Shown here piece by piece: positions 22,593 to 37,589 of a DNA stretch of 64,000 nucleotides (the stretch's first letter is position 1; each line of letters opens with the position of its first letter). The stretch lies in contig NC_086097.1 in NCBI RefSeq assembly GCF_963921235.1, forward strand, positions 214,770,001 through 214,834,000, read 5' to 3'. The stretch is from Mobula hypostoma (Eukaryota). The translations under genes were made by a program, and so were the position numbers. Below the pieces are notes generated by a model. The model did not search any database. It saw only the letters and a program-made list of their open reading frames with translations, and was not told the origin of the DNA.

Positions 22593-24520
22593 CAAGATCA
22601 TAAAACATAGGAGCAGAATTAGGCCATTGGGCCCACTGAGTCTGCTCAGCCATTGCATAAAGGCTGATTTATTATCCCTCTCAACCACCTCTCTTGCCTT
22701 CTCCACATATCCTTTGATGCCCTGACTAATCCACGCTACAGCTAACGCACAACGCTCTTACAGCTCAGTGCGTTGGAGTTCAACATTTAGTTTCGCCGTC
22801 TTCTGTAAGTAAGTTTGTATGTTCCTTCCTATGTGCACATGGGTTTCCTCTGGGTGCTCCAGTTTCCTCCCACAGTCCAAATAAGTACTCGTTAGTAGGT
22901 TAATTGGTCATTGTATTTGTCCTGTGATTAGGCTAGGATTAAAAAATAAACATAATAATCAAAAACCTATCAATCTCTGCTTTAAATATATACTCAATGA
23001 CTTGGCATCTGCAACCATCTGTGTCAATGAATTCTAGAGATTCACTACCCTCTGGCTAAAAAAATTCCTCCTCATCTCTGTTCTAAATGGATGTCTCTCT
23101 ATTCTGAGGCTCTGCCCTCTGGTCCAAGACTTACACATGATGTTTCCTATATCTCCACATCCAATCTACCCAGGCCTTTCAATATCCAACAGGTTTCAAT
23201 GAAATCCCACCCCATTCTTCTCATTTCCAGCAAGCACAGGCCCAGAGCCATCAAACCACCTTCATGTGTTAACCTGGAATCATTCTCGTGAAGCTCCTCT
23301 GGACCCTCCCCAATGCCAGCACATCTTTTCTTAAAGGACTCAAAACTGCAAGTGCAGTCTGTCCAATGACTTGTAAAGCCTCAGAACTACATCCTTGCTC
23401 TTATATTCTAGCCTTCTCAAAGTGAATGCCAGCATTGCACTTGCCTTACCCAACCTGCAAGTTAACCTTAAGGGAATCCTGCACAAGGACTCCCAAGACC
23501 CAGATTTTTGAATTTTCTCCAAATTTAGAAAATAGTCTACACCTTTATTCCTGACCATACGCCTCCCTACACTATACTGTAGCTGCCACTTCTTTTCCCA
23601 CTCTCCCAATCTGCTTAAGTCCTTCTACAGAGTCCCTTCTCAACACTACCAGCCCCTCCACCTGTCTTTGTATTATCCACAAACTTAGCCACAAAGCCAT
23701 CAATTCAGTCATCCAAATTGCTGGCATATAACGCGAAAAGACATGGTCCCAACACCAACCCCTACAGAACACCAGTAGTCACTGGGCACCAACCAGGAAA
23801 GCTCATATCTTTCCTATAATACCAATGTCTCTTATCTTGTTGAGCAGCGTTATGTGTGGCACCTTGTCAAAAGCCTTTTGAAAATCCAAGTAAACAACAT
23901 CCACTGACTCTCCTTTGTCTATCCTGCCTGTTATTTCCTCAAGGAGTTGCAATAGATTTGTCAGGCAAGATTTCCCCTTTAAGGAAACCATGCTGGGGTT
24001 GGCTAACTTTGTCATATGCCTCTAAGTACCCTGATACCTCATCCTTAATCATGAACTCCAACTTTTTTCCAATCACTAAAGTCAAGTTAACTGGCCTATA
24101 ATTTCCTTTCTTCCGTCTCTCTCCCTTTTTAAAGAGTGGACTGACATTTGCAATTTTCCAGTCCCCTGGAACCATTCTAGAATCTAGTGATTCTTGAAAG
24201 ATCATTACACCTCCCTTGTCCTACCCATGTTGTTGGTACCAATATGTACTACAACTTCTGTCTGCTTACTCTCCTCCTTTAGAATGCTGTAGACCCGTTC
24301 AGAGATATCCCTGACCCTGCAACTAGGAGGCAACATACCATCCAGGTGTCTCTTTCAAGTCCACAGAATCTCCTGTCTGCTCCTCTAACTATGGAACCTG
24401 CTTTCACCACTGCATTCCTCTGCTTCCCCCCTTCCCTTCTGAGCCTCAGAGCTAGACTCAGTGCCAGAGACCAGGACGATGTCGCCTCCCCTGGGAGGTC
24501 ATTTCTCTCCAACTGTATCA
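22593..24520 (-). mobile_element. Decayed CR1 (RT + part of ORF1 esterase)
   Basis: VYLDFQKAFDKVPH, GDWKIANVSPLFKKG and GSIVRGADRRFCG motifs. Confidence 0.88.
22735..22945 (+). mobile_element. tRNA-derived V-SINE-like element inside CR1
   Basis: GGAGTTCAA B-box-like motif and core TGGGTTTCCTCTGGGTGCTCCAGTTTCCTCCCACAGTCCAAA. Confidence 0.75.
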
Positions 24521-24909
24521 TGGACGAGTCCTTAATGTATATTCAGAGCTGAGGGAGAATGTACAAATTCCTTACATACAGCGGCAGGAATTGGACACCA
24601 ATTAGTGATCACTGTTGCAGCAAGATGATGCACCAACTTCTATGCTGCCCGCCTCCTCTCTGCTGACTCAGATGCCCTATAATTGTAGTATCTCTGCAGA
24701 TGATTGGATGAAATTGTCATTCAGCTCAAACTAGGAAACAAATAGAGCAGTGTGCTCTATTTAATGACTTAATTTTGATACATAGCACAGCTTTGCATTG
24801 TTGCAATACATAAAGGATCTAGCACACAATCGAGAGTTTCATTATGTCTAATACTGTGGTTTTTGTGACATGGTTAAAATTAAAAGGATTTAAATTGCCT
24901 GTTTTATGA

Positions 24910-26180
<1,271 letters not shown>

Positions 26181-27834
26181 CACCAGTCCCAGAAAATGCA
26201 ATAATTCTACCCCTGCAGAAATTATTGCTCTGGTCATTGTTATCGTTGTCTGTTCCTGTTAGAACATTTTAATACATTGAAGGTGGAATGTACATCGAAA
26301 ATTCTTGTTCTATTATAGATGTTGGGCCTGTCTTAATTATAAAAAACTAAAAGTGATTATGTTTTGCCAAACACACTCTTCTATCCAAACCTAGCTCATT
26401 ACCAGAAGAGTTAAACACATACTTTCCTGAACCGTTTAGCATTCTCTTTTGAACATAGTTTAAATTTTACCTGCCATTTTCAGAGTTTGTGTACCAATGC
26501 ATCCACTGTGGTAACTTCAGATACATAAACAAAGGCAAAACTTATGTGAGGTGACCAAACGTTTTGTCCCAGGCTCCTAAATCTTATTTGACAAAGGTTT
26601 TTGTTTGGTACTCAATCATTTCACCAAACATACAGTAAAAATATTTAAACTTTAAACCACACAAGAGCAGCACTACACGAACAAATCTGCTTCTCAGCCT
26701 TTTGACTATCTTTGAGTGGCTCATTACTGTGGAAATGCTAATGGACACTTTTAACGTAATTGTTATCATTATGGTGTCATAGAGCCTTACAGCAGGGAAA
26801 AGGTTCTCAGCCCAACTCATCCATGCTGCTCAGTAAGCTAGTCAGTCCCATTTGCCCGCATCCGTTCCATAGCCCTCCAAACCACTCCTATCGAGATGGC
26901 TTTTAAACATTGTTAATGTGCCTGCTTCCACCACTGTTTCTGACAGCTGATTTCAAATATGCATAATTCTTTGCATGAAGAAGCTGTCCTTGATGTTCCT
27001 TTTATATCTCTCACCTCTGATCTTAAGCCAAAGCTCTCTTGTTTTCTAGCATCACCTCCTTGAGAAGCACATTTTGTGCTTCTTGTGCTTCCACCCTATG
27101 CCCCTCTTGATTTTGCACACAGCATTTGCATTAGGATTTAATCAGCTCAGCATTTATAGGACATAATGGCTGGATGGTGCATCTCGCAGTCAAATGTACT
27201 GCTGGTGAATATAATAAGCAGCCAAGATATAACTGTTAAGTGCTGATGTGAACACGAGTATGGAGCAGGTTCAGGCTTTGATAAACTACTTACTGATCAA
27301 GTGTTTTGAAATTTAGGGCCAATTCAATACTTGAGACATTGCCCACTATTTATACAATACAGACAGTATCTCCGTACTGGCACCGCAGCTCACAGAGTAG
27401 ATCATTTCTGTTTGCCCCTGTATTTCTGCTGGCCAAAAGAAATTGAACCTTCGATTCTGATATTAGAATAAGAGATGCTTACTTCATGATGGAAAGTTAT
27501 GTACAGAGAAGCTAAACAAGTAATGATGTTAAATTTCCAGTTCTTGACTTATTTCAGAGGCAGCTCGCTGCAACAAATCAACAATTCCTGTTAACTGATA
27601 TCAATAATGAACATTGCCACAATTCATATGCTGTGTAGTTAAGCAACTTGGACCAGCAGAAAAACTGAGCAGAAATTTCAAAAATGTAAATATTCTTATA
27701 TTAACAAATGTAGAAATAGAGTTCCTTTGACCCGTTACATTTTTACTACTTTATTTCTGTGATTTTTATTCAGAGTATTATAACTGCAGAAAACTAAACT
27801 TACTGTAAGTCCACCTCCACCCCCCCCCCCCCAA

Positions 27835-28052
27835 CTAGGACATAGACCCTGACAGCAGCTCGACAGATTCCACTGTCCTCGGCTAGTTTTTCAAATTGTT
27901 CTTGGGTGTAGCCTCATCTCCCAGGGATGAGGTCTTTGCAGCTTCTGTTGGTGTTTCTGTGGCTCTGGGTTTTTACATGGATGGGGCTGCTATTCCCATG
28001 CACAACCTGCCTCCTTTCACAGCTGAGCTTGGGACAGTCCATGGCAGAGTTA
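27835..28052 (-). mobile_element. Old RTE-related SINE
   Basis: GTCCCAAGCTCAGCTGTGAAAGGAGG...CCCCATCCATGTAAAAACC motif resembling RTE 5' UTRs. Confidence 0.5.
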
Positions 28053-28259
28053 CTGCAGAAACTATTGGACCAGAAATTGTCAGGGAGACAGCATTGCTCA
28101 CAGCTAAGCTTCAAAGTTAAACTACTTGAGAGATTCCATCCACAGAATCATGTCTGATAGCCAGGTTTGTCATTCCATGATGTTACAGATTCATTTGGTG
28201 AGAGAGCCTTGCCCAAAATAGGGCTTTCGTAAATTTTGTAACTTACTAGGTCACACCAC

Positions 28260-29234
28260 TGGCTTACTATCGGTTTTCAAATTTCAACATAATATAAGTG
28301 ATAAGTGGCTAATACACTCAATTTTGTTTCTAAAAGGGTTTATCTAACGAATTTAATATTAAACACACAGCGCATATTTTCCTCGTATGAATACAGTGAT
28401 AAGTCAATTATTAGGGGAGGACGGGAGCTTGAAGTAAGTGTTGAACGAACTTCCAGTAGAAGTGGTAGAGGCAGGTGAGATATTATCATTTAAAGAAAAA
28501 TTGGACAGGTATATGGACAGGAAAGGAATGGAGGGCTATGGGCTTAGTGCAGGTCGGTGGGACTAGGTGAGAGTAGCGTTCGGCACGGACTAGAAGGGCA
28601 GAGATGGCCTGTTTCCGTGCTGTAATTGTTATATGGTTATATAAGTAAGTCAATAGCATCATAACATTTTAAGTAACGTTTGGATATTAAACATACAGCA
28701 CCTATTTTCCCCGTATAAAATGATGTGTTGCAATGATATAAAATCATTGCAACACACCAGTATCGCTGAATCAGTGGGAGCCCTGGGCTTGTTTCCCTGC
28801 AACAAGACGGTCCTATGGAGGGGTGATGGGAGACATCGATACTCGAAGGGGGTTCCTTATGTCCAGTCTATTCCGCAATTTAGTTTTTGTTGCATTCATT
28901 GCAGAGATATGTTGGAAATGGAAGCAACGTTTTCAGTGCTTTCGTGGCTATCTCAGGATATTTAGCCTTGACTTTGATCCAGAATGCCGGCAGGGATGTT
29001 ATGTCAAACATACTTTTCAGCCTGCTGTCATTTGCAAGTTCAAGGAGTTGATCTTCTTCCCGCGCTGACATGGATGACGTGCGGGTAATGACCTCGCGTG
29101 CGTTCAAACTCAACAGTGCGTGACAGGGAATGAGGAAAGGTGTCGCTGACTCATATCGTTTCATATCGTCAAATCATATTGTTTCCTTGTGGCCCGGTAG
29201 CACATGCTTGTGGCCCGGTGGTTGGGGACGGCTG
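28260..29234 (-). mobile_element. Non-autonomous hAT/Charlie element with transposase C-terminal piece and embedded CR1 3' end
   Basis: ORF 28880-29164 FWIKVKAKYPEIATKALKTLLPFPTYLC (hAT dimerisation domain). Terminus GGTTGGGGACGGCTG at 29220-34. CR1 3' UTR at about 28440-28642. Confidence 0.8.
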
Positions 29235-29249
29235 TTCTAAATCACTCAT

Positions 29250-29827
29250 TTAAAATCCCCCATTTCGACGTAAAAAAGTAAGTTCTGATCCCCACTATTG
29301 CGGGCAATGTGTGTGCGTGTGGCTACGGATGTATATGCGATTGGATATTGTCCGAATGGACGTTAAGCAGCGCACACCTATAATAGGGATACACCTTATG
29401 CTCTTTTTTCTTTTAGGGACCGCAACGTATTAGGGAGGCTAAGCACAGGAAAGACTGCTCAAGTATTTCACAGTTCTTTTCAGCAGAAAACCAAAGTCTG
29501 ACAGAGAAGGTCACTAGAGCTGAGGTGTACTTTACATCTTTCATCGTTGAGCATAACCTGCCATTCCAGGTGTGTAAGCACACCGGCAAGCTATTCAGGA
29601 AAATGTTTCCTGATTCAGAAATAGCAAAAAACTATGCTTGCTCATCAACCAAGACAGCAGCTATTGTGAACATGGCACATTAAAACAGAATTCAGAAGTC
29701 AGCTGTCTTACAAAACACTTGTGAATCTGATGTCTTGCAAGATTAACAAATTCATTGACACAGACTGCTAAAAGGTTGAGACTTCCGGTTGAGACCCCAA
29801 GTGAGTTTTTGCGGGGTGGGATGTCTG
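29250..29827 (+). mobile_element. hAT (hAT5/Blackjack-like) derivative with transposase fragment
   Basis: Frame 29417-29683 reads KVTRAEVYFTSFIVEHNLPF...LFRKMFPDSEIAKNYACSSTKTAAIV. Putative terminus GGTGGGATGTCTG. Confidence 0.7.
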
Positions 29828-30159
29828 TGCTAGTACCATTGAACAGGAGGTGCTAGAGACAGAATCTCTCCTCACATTGAAACAGTATTTGGATTGTACT
29901 TGACTAGTCATCCCAGACAGGGCTAAGGATCACGTGGTGGGTTTAGGCAAGGGGCTCTTTGTTATCCAGTGCCCTCATAAAAGGCCGAATGTTTTTTTTC
30001 TGTGATTCTATCATTGCCACTTTACCAATCATCTACATAGGTATAAAAAAATAAAGCCAGAGTAGAAAGTTGGCCAGCTCATTCATAAAGCATTAGCTCA
30101 GATGATCTTAATGCATTTAGATTGGTAGCAGATGAGCTTTATGTGTAAGATTAGATTAC

Positions 30160-30872
30160 GGTCATAGAAAAATACAGTACAGAAACAGACCTTTTGGGCC
30201 ATCTAATTCATGGCAAAACTATTTAAACTTCCTACTCCCATTAACCGGCACCAGGACCAAAGCCCTCCATACCCCTACCATCCATGTACCTATCGAATCT
30301 TCTCTTTCACATTGAAATCAAACTCGTATGCACCTCATTCCACACAGTCATGACCCTCTGAGTGAAGAAGTTTCCCCTCATGTTCCCCTTAAACTTTTCA
30401 CCTTTCACCCTTAAGCCATGACCTCTGGTTGTAGTCCCACCCATCACAGTGGAAAAAGCCTGCTTGCATTTACAGAATCTGGACACCCATAATTTTGTAT
30501 ACCTCTATCAAATCTCCTCTCAGTCTTCTACGTTCTGAGGAATAAAGTTCTAAATTATTCAATCTTTCCTTATAACTCAGGTCCCGCAGACCTGGCAACA
30601 TCCTTGTAAATTTTCTCTGTGCTCTTTCAACGTTCTTCCTGAAGGTAGATGACCAAAACTGTATACAATACTCCAAATTAGGCCTCACAAAGATATAATT
30701 TCTACATAACATCCCATCTCATGTACTCAATACTTTGATTTATGAAGGCCAATGTGTCAAAAACTTCCTTTATGACACTATCTACCTGTGATGACACTTT
30801 CAATGAATTATGGACCTGTATTCCCAGATCCCTTGGTTCTACCACACTCCTCGGTGCCCCACTATTCACTGT
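30160..30872 (-). mobile_element. CR1 3' fragment
   Basis: RPNLEYCIQFWS...LRGDLIEVYKIM. Confidence 0.85.
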
Positions 30873-30884
30873 GTAACACTGAGG

Positions 30885-31260
30885 CAAGTTGATCCAAGCA
30901 CTCACATCGACAGTGATAAAAAGGTTTGAGAGGTTGGTCATGGCAGAATCTCAGATGGTGACGAGAGGGCTTACAGGGGTGAGATATACCAGTTAGTTGA
31001 GCAATGATCTTTCACTCAACATTGGCAAGACCAAAGAGCTGATTGTGGACTTCAGAAAGGGTAAGGTGAGGGAACACAAACCAATCCTCACAGAAGGGTC
31101 AGAACTGCAGAGAGTGAGCAACTTCAAGTTCTTGGGTATCAGCATCTCCGAGGACCTAACCTGGTCCCAACATATCGATGCAGTTAGAAAGGAGATAAGA
31201 CAGCAGCTAAATTTCATCAGGACTTTGAGATTTGGTTTGTCACCAGAAATATTTTTCTAA
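30885..31260 (+). mobile_element. Rex1/Babar RT fragment
   Basis: LSLNIGKTKELIVDFRK...FKFLGISISEDLTW. Confidence 0.8.
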
Positions 31261-31814
31261 CTATGCTATATTGCATTCTCATACAGCTAAGGAAAGAAAA
31301 CTGTTTTGCCCTCTCCCAAATCATTTCAGTTGTTACAGCAGTTTACAGCTGCTGTTCACAGCCCATTATCTGTATTATTGATATTGTTTCAGTTGATGCT
31401 CTGTTGGTCAATTCCAGGAACCTAGAAACATGCAATTATCCTGTGGTTTCACACCTATTCTATAGTAATTGCCAGATAATAGCTTTAATAGTGTTCATTG
31501 ACCATTAAATCTTTCTAGGTCTTGCTCAGATTATTCTCATTTTCTGATGAAGGTGGCGGTTTTCAACAGCCTTCAGTATTTAAGTGATGCTGACATCACA
31601 GAAATGTGAGCAGGATTTTAACTCCAAAATTGTTAGATTAGGGTTAGTGGGTTGTGGGCATGATACGTTGGCGCCATCATAATCTTCGCTGATTTGATTT
31701 GCCATTTTGATGCACCCATGACAAACAAGGCTAATATTAAACAATGACCTCTAATTCAGTTCAGAATTACCCAATAATCAAAATGCTCCACACTCTGTGA
31801 GCAGTGACTCCTGT

Positions 31815-32487
31815 ACTGGATGATAGGGTGGTTAAGAATGCATGTGGCGTGTACGCCTTTGTTAGTCTGGGCATTGAATTTAAAAGTCAGGAAGTTTTGT
31901 TGCATCTTCATAAAACTTTACTTAGGCCGCATCTGGAGTATTGCATATAGTTCTGGTCATTCCATTATAGAAAGGATGGTGAGGCTTCGGGGAGTGTGCA
32001 GAAGAGCTTTACCAGGACGCTGCCTGAATTACAGGGCACGTGTGCTGTAATGAGAGGTTGGACAAACTTGGGTTGTTTTCTCTGGAGCGGCAGATGCTGA
32101 AGGAAGAGATGACCGTGGTTTAATACATTATGAGAGGCATAGAAAGAGTAGACAGACAGCTTCTTTTTTCCCAGGGTTGAAATGCCAAGTATTTGAGGCT
32201 GCACATTTAAGGTGAGAGGGGTAAGTTCAACAGAGATTTGAGTGGGAAATTTTTTATGCAGAGTGTTGTGGGTGCCCAGAATGTGCTGCCTGGGGTAGTG
32301 GTAGGGCCAGATACTTTAGAGACTTTTCAGCGGCCTTTAAGTAGGCACATAAGTGTGAGGAAAATGGAAGGATGTGAACATTGTGTAGGCACGGGGGATT
32401 AATTAGCCATTTGACTAAGAATTTAATTGGTTCAGCACAACGTTTTAGGCCAAAGGGCCTATTCCTGTGCTGTACTGTTCTATGTAC
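31815..32487 (+). mobile_element. CR1 3' fragment
   Basis: Decayed RPHLEYC region and CR1 3' UTR. Confidence 0.8.
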
Positions 32488-32940
32488 TCCTGACACATCG
32501 TAAATGTTACATCTTAATATGAATTATAATCTGAAGTTGTCCCTAGTTTAAACAAAATCAGCTTTGACATTAATAATCAAATATTAAAATAGGTACAATA
32601 ATTAAATATAGTTGCTTCAAAAAGAATTGGACTGAAGTGAATAATAAGGAATCAGGTTGGTATCACTGATACAGTGTGTTGTTAAATTAGATGTTTTGCA
32701 ACAGCAGTATATTGTCAGACATAAAAATGACTAAGATACAATAACAACATAAATAAATAACTAAATAGCATAAAAGAGGAATGGCAAAGTAGTGTTCATG
32801 TGCTCGTGGACTATTCATTAGTTTGCTTGCCTCAGCTTTTGAAGATAAGAATTAGAAAAATCATGATAAATAATTAAGTGGTGCTTAATGACAGTATTTA
32901 TTTGGGAGATTTCTTCATTTTAACTATTCTGTATACACAT

Positions 32941-34640
32941 CCATAAGACATAGGACCAAAATTAGGCCATTCAGCCCATCAAGTCTGCTCCAGCATTCCA
33001 TCATGGCTGATCCCAGATCTCACTTAACCCCATAGACCTGCCTTCTCGCCATATGCTTTGATGCCCTGACCAATCAGGAAACTATCATCTTCCACCTTGA
33101 ATATACCCACAGATTTGGCCTCCACCTCAGTCTGTGGCACAGCATTCCACAGGTTCACTAGTCTCCGGCTAAAAAAATTCCTCCTTACCTCTGTTCTAAA
33201 AGGTTGCCCCCTCAAGCTCTGGATAACCTCACCATACGAAACATCCTCTCTACATCCACCCTCCCTAGTCCTTTCAACATTTGGTAGGTTTCAATGAGAT
33301 CCCCCTACATTCTTCTAAATTCCAGTGAGTACAGGCCCAAAGCTTCCATAGGCTCCTCATATGTTAATCCTTTCATTCCCAAAATCCTCCTCATGAACCA
33401 CCTCTGGACTCTCTCCAATGACCACACATCCTTTCTGAGATATGAGGCCCAAATCGTGTGGATAGCCAGACACTTTTTCCCAGGGCTGAAATGGCTAACA
33501 TGAGGGGGCATAGTTTTAAGGTACTTGGAAGTAGGTACTAGGGGGATGTCAGAGACAAGTTTTTCACACAGAGAGTGGTGGGTGCGTGGAATACACTGCC
33601 AGTGAAGATGGTACAGGTGGATACAATAGGGTCTTTTAAGAGACTCTTGGATAGGTACATAGAGCTTGGAAAAATAGAGGGTTATGCAATAGAGAAATTC
33701 TAGGCAGTTTTTAGAGTAGGTTACATGGTCAGTACAACATTGTGGGCTGAAGGGCCTATAATGTGCAGTAGATTTCCATGTTTCTATGTTTAAAACTGTT
33801 GACAATACTCCAAGTGTGGCCTGACTAGTGTCTTATGAAACCTCAACATTGTCTCCTTGCTTCTATATTTTTTTCCCCTTGGAATAAATGCTAACATTGC
33901 ATTTGCCTTCTTTACACAGACTCAACCTATGAATTAACCTCAGACAACAGGAATTCTGCAGATGCTGGAAATTCAAGCAACACACATCAAAGTTGCTGGT
34001 GAACGCAGCAGGCCAGGCAGCATCTCTAGGAAGAGGTACAGTCGACGTTTCAGGGTCTCAGCCTGAAACGTCGACTGTACCTCTTCCTAGAGATGCTGCC
34101 TGGCCTGCTGCGTTCACCAGCAACTTTGATGTGTGTTGCTATGAATTAACCTTCTGGGAGCCTTGCACGAGGACTCCCAAGTCCCTTAGCACCTCTGATG
34201 TTTGAATCTTCTCCCCATTTAGATGATAGTCCGCACTATTGTTCCTTTTACCAAAATGTATTGTCATACATTTCCCAACACTGTATTCCATCTGCCACAT
34301 TTTCGCCCATTTTTCCAATTTGTCTAAGTCCTGAGGCAATCGCATTGCTTCCTCAGCACTATCTATCCCTCCACTTATCTTCGTAGCATCCACAAACTTT
34401 GCCACAAAGCCATCAATTCCATTATCCAAATCATTGACAAACAATATGAAAAGTAGCGGTCCCAGTATTGACCCTTGAGGAACACTACTAGTCACTGGCT
34501 ACCAACCAGAAAAGGCTCCTTTTATTCCCAATCACTGCCTCTTGCCTGTCAGCCATTCCTGTATCCATGCCAGTATTTTTCCTGTAACGCCATAGGATTT
34601 TATCTTGTTAAGCAGCCTCATGTGTGGCACCTTATCAAAT
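32941..34640 (-). mobile_element. CR1 RT/3' fragment with nested plus-strand CR1 end (about 33457-33790) and PLE hairpin
   Basis: VPQGSILGPLLF, KFVDATK and RRNFFSRRLVNLWN motifs. Confidence 0.85.
33941..34140. mobile_element. Fold-back pair of Penelope-like termini (perfect 79-bp inverted repeat)
   Basis: Arms 33976-34054 and 34062-34140 are exact reverse complements around a 7-nt loop. TSD ATGAATTAACCT at 33929-40 and 34141-52. Confidence 0.92.
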
Positions 34641-34754
34641 GGCTAATGTATGCATGTTAGCCGCTGGCCATCTCCTGTGATGACATTTGGTATATAGCGC
34701 ACAACTGACATCCCCTATACTAAGTCTTGCCATATTCCTGAATGGTTCAGGAAT

Positions 34755-35449
34755 CCCTAAAGGTCAACTTGTAGGCTAAGTCAGTGGTGAGGAAGGCAAA
34801 CACAATGTTAGCATTAATATTAAAAAGGACTAGAAATAAAAGCAACGATGGAATAAAATATAAAGGCAAGGATATAATTGTGAGGCTTTATAAGGCATAG
34901 GTCAGACTGCATTTGGAGTATTGTGAGCAGATTTACGCCCCTTATCTAAGAAAGGATGTGCTGGCATTGGTGAGGGTCTAGAAGAAGTTCATGAGAATAA
35001 TCCTGGGAACTAAAGAGATAATACATGAGGAGCATCTGATGGCTCTGGGTCTGTACTCGCTGGAGTTTAGAAGAATGTGGGGGAAGGGCAGGCTGATCTC
35101 ATTGAAACCGATTGAATATTAAAAGGCCTAGACAGAGTGGATGTGGAGAGGATGTTTCCTATAGTGGGGAGTTAAGGACCAGAGGGTTCAGCCTTACAAT
35201 AGAAGGGCACCCCTTTAGAGTAGAGATGAGGAGGAACTTATTTAGCTAGTTGGCTGTGGAGGCCAAGTAATTGGGTATATTTAAAGCAGAGATTGATATG
35301 TCTCTGATTAGCAATGGTGTCAAAGATTATGGGGAGAAGGCAGGAGAATGAGTTTGAGAGGGATAATATATCAGCCATAATGGAATGGCAGAGTAGACTT
35401 GATGGGCCAAATGGCCTAATTCTGCATCTATGTCTTATGGTCTTATGGT
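34755..35449 (+). mobile_element. CR1 3' fragment
   Basis: Same family as 8790-9402; ends in (TCTTATGG) repeats. Confidence 0.8.
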
Positions 35450-36029
35450 TCAGTTCTCGTTGGAGTCTGCTAAGGAATTAGTTAAAATACCTGTCCCTAA
35501 CTGGACTATTGCTGATAAATTGAAGGCATTGATTTGTTTTAAGAATTTTCTGTTTTACATTCAGATCCATTGTGTTTTCCAACCCTCACCCTCTGCACGC
35601 ACATTCCCTCATAACTCACCTCCACTCCTTACCAAGTTGATTACAAAGTGGGCCAATGGGACAATGTGAAAAAGGATGCTGTTAGTACAAGTTAAGGAAA
35701 CTAAAAATCTTATCTGAAATCAGCAGTGAAAAAGATGTAAGTACTGGAGAACTGAGATGGAGAAAGTGGAACCACTGAGTACCTGAAGCTGTGATGACTC
35801 AGCCATTGTAATGTACTTAGAACTTAAAGTGATTTTTTAAATTTTGGATGGCTACATAGTAAATATAATTTAGCTCTTCAAGAAGAAAAGACTAGAGAAC
35901 CAAAGGTCATTTAGGCTTCTGTGGGTCAGGCAGAAAATGCTTTAAACTTTTTATAGGGACTTGCTTGGAGCTACTGAAAAGGGATGATATAGTAGGGTAG
36001 CTGCAACATGGACTTAGGAAAAGCAATCT

Positions 36030-36195
36030 TTCTTTTTCTTTTCAAATCTTTTTATTATTATTATTATCCAAAATTAACAAGAGTACATTGAAGTAAGCAA
36101 CACTTACAATGACTCAAGAAAAAAAACATTATTTTAAAGATTGAAAAAAATTTGGTGATTTTAAAAAAAGGAGAAAAAAACCCTGCTGAGCAAGA
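36030..36195 (-). mobile_element. Short L1 3' UTR fragment
   Basis: Minus strand AATAAAAAGATTTGAAAAGAAAAAGAAAG resembles the L1 end at 1573-1598. Flanked by an imperfect repeat GAAAAG(G)CAATCT. Confidence 0.6.
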
Positions 36196-37589
36196 AAAGG
36201 CAATCTATTCTTGATAAGCAAATATATATATTTCTGAGGATGTAATTGTTCAGAATCAGAACAAAGAAGAATCATGATGTGTGTATTTCTATATTCAAAA
36301 AGTTTCAGTGAAGTAACACCAAGATGATCCTCCACAAAATTAGGTCATGGGGGATGAGGGTATTGTGTTAGCATGGACTAACTGGGAATTGATTAACTGA
36401 GTATTGGAATTAAACAGGCCATCTTTGGGTTAGGAAGTACAACTGGTGCGACTATGGGACTCAGCTGTTCACAGTCAACAATGATCTTAATGACGGAACC
36501 AGTGTGTAATGCACGTCAATCTCTACAATACAAATTAAGCTGAGGAGGACAGAAAGAGTCTGTGAAGGAACGTGAATTTAAGTGAGTAGACCTCTGTCTT
36601 TTCCAAAACTATGGTAAAGGCATATCTGAATGATGGCAGTCCATCACGGCAATGTTGGCTGTAGGATGTAGGCCTGAGTTATGTGACCACTCAAACTTGC
36701 AAACTTCTGAGTCAGATGTAGGAGTGCCATTGCTGAGTAATCAAATTCTCACAGGGTGGTGAAGTCCTGGCAAAACTACTTTCTTAGCTTTCCAGTAATA
36801 CAAACATCTGTTACTGTAATTGAACACACTTTCCCAGTAATAAAACTCTAATTATTCTTTGTGTGGACTCTCTATTGCCTGACCCTAAACTGCAGTGAAA
36901 TTTGAAGGTTCCAACCACGTTTGATCCTCCAAGCCTAAATGAAAATCAAATGCTGGAAATCGGAAATAAAACAAAGAACAAGGGAAATGGTCAGCAGTGT
37001 CAGTGGGAAATAAATGGCCGTCATCATTTCAAATTGAAGACAGTAAAATTGAGAATGTCTGTTCATGTGCCTTTCCAATGCCTCCATAAATTCTGAACAC
37101 ACTTCAAGAGACTTCTGTAGCCCCATGATCACAAATATCTCTAACTTGATTCCTTTCTCTGTTTGGCAACTCTCAGAGTTTACCCTGTCCATAAAACTAT
37201 TCAAACTATTCCAAGTAAACAGCTTTCCTTCTTGACTTCCCTGATTGCTGATATTGATATTGCTTCTCAGATGATGGGTGGTTTGAAATCTCATTAACAT
37301 CCTGTTCATGAAAAACCAGTCCTTGGATACCGTGCCTTCCAAACCACCAATATTTCCTTCCCATGGTCTGAGTATAATTTCTACTTCTGTTTTCAGACTT
37401 TTCCATGGCTTCTTGCTTCTGACATCACCCCACCCACCACTCCACTTTAGCCCACTACCTTGTTTCCCTCTCATAGAAAGATTTTTTTTTAAACTATCCA
37501 CCTTGACCGAAAAATTGGTCATCTTGCCTTAGTAGTCATCGGGGGATACAACTCAGCTGGTAGAATGGGCGAATATGTGCAGCTGTGTA

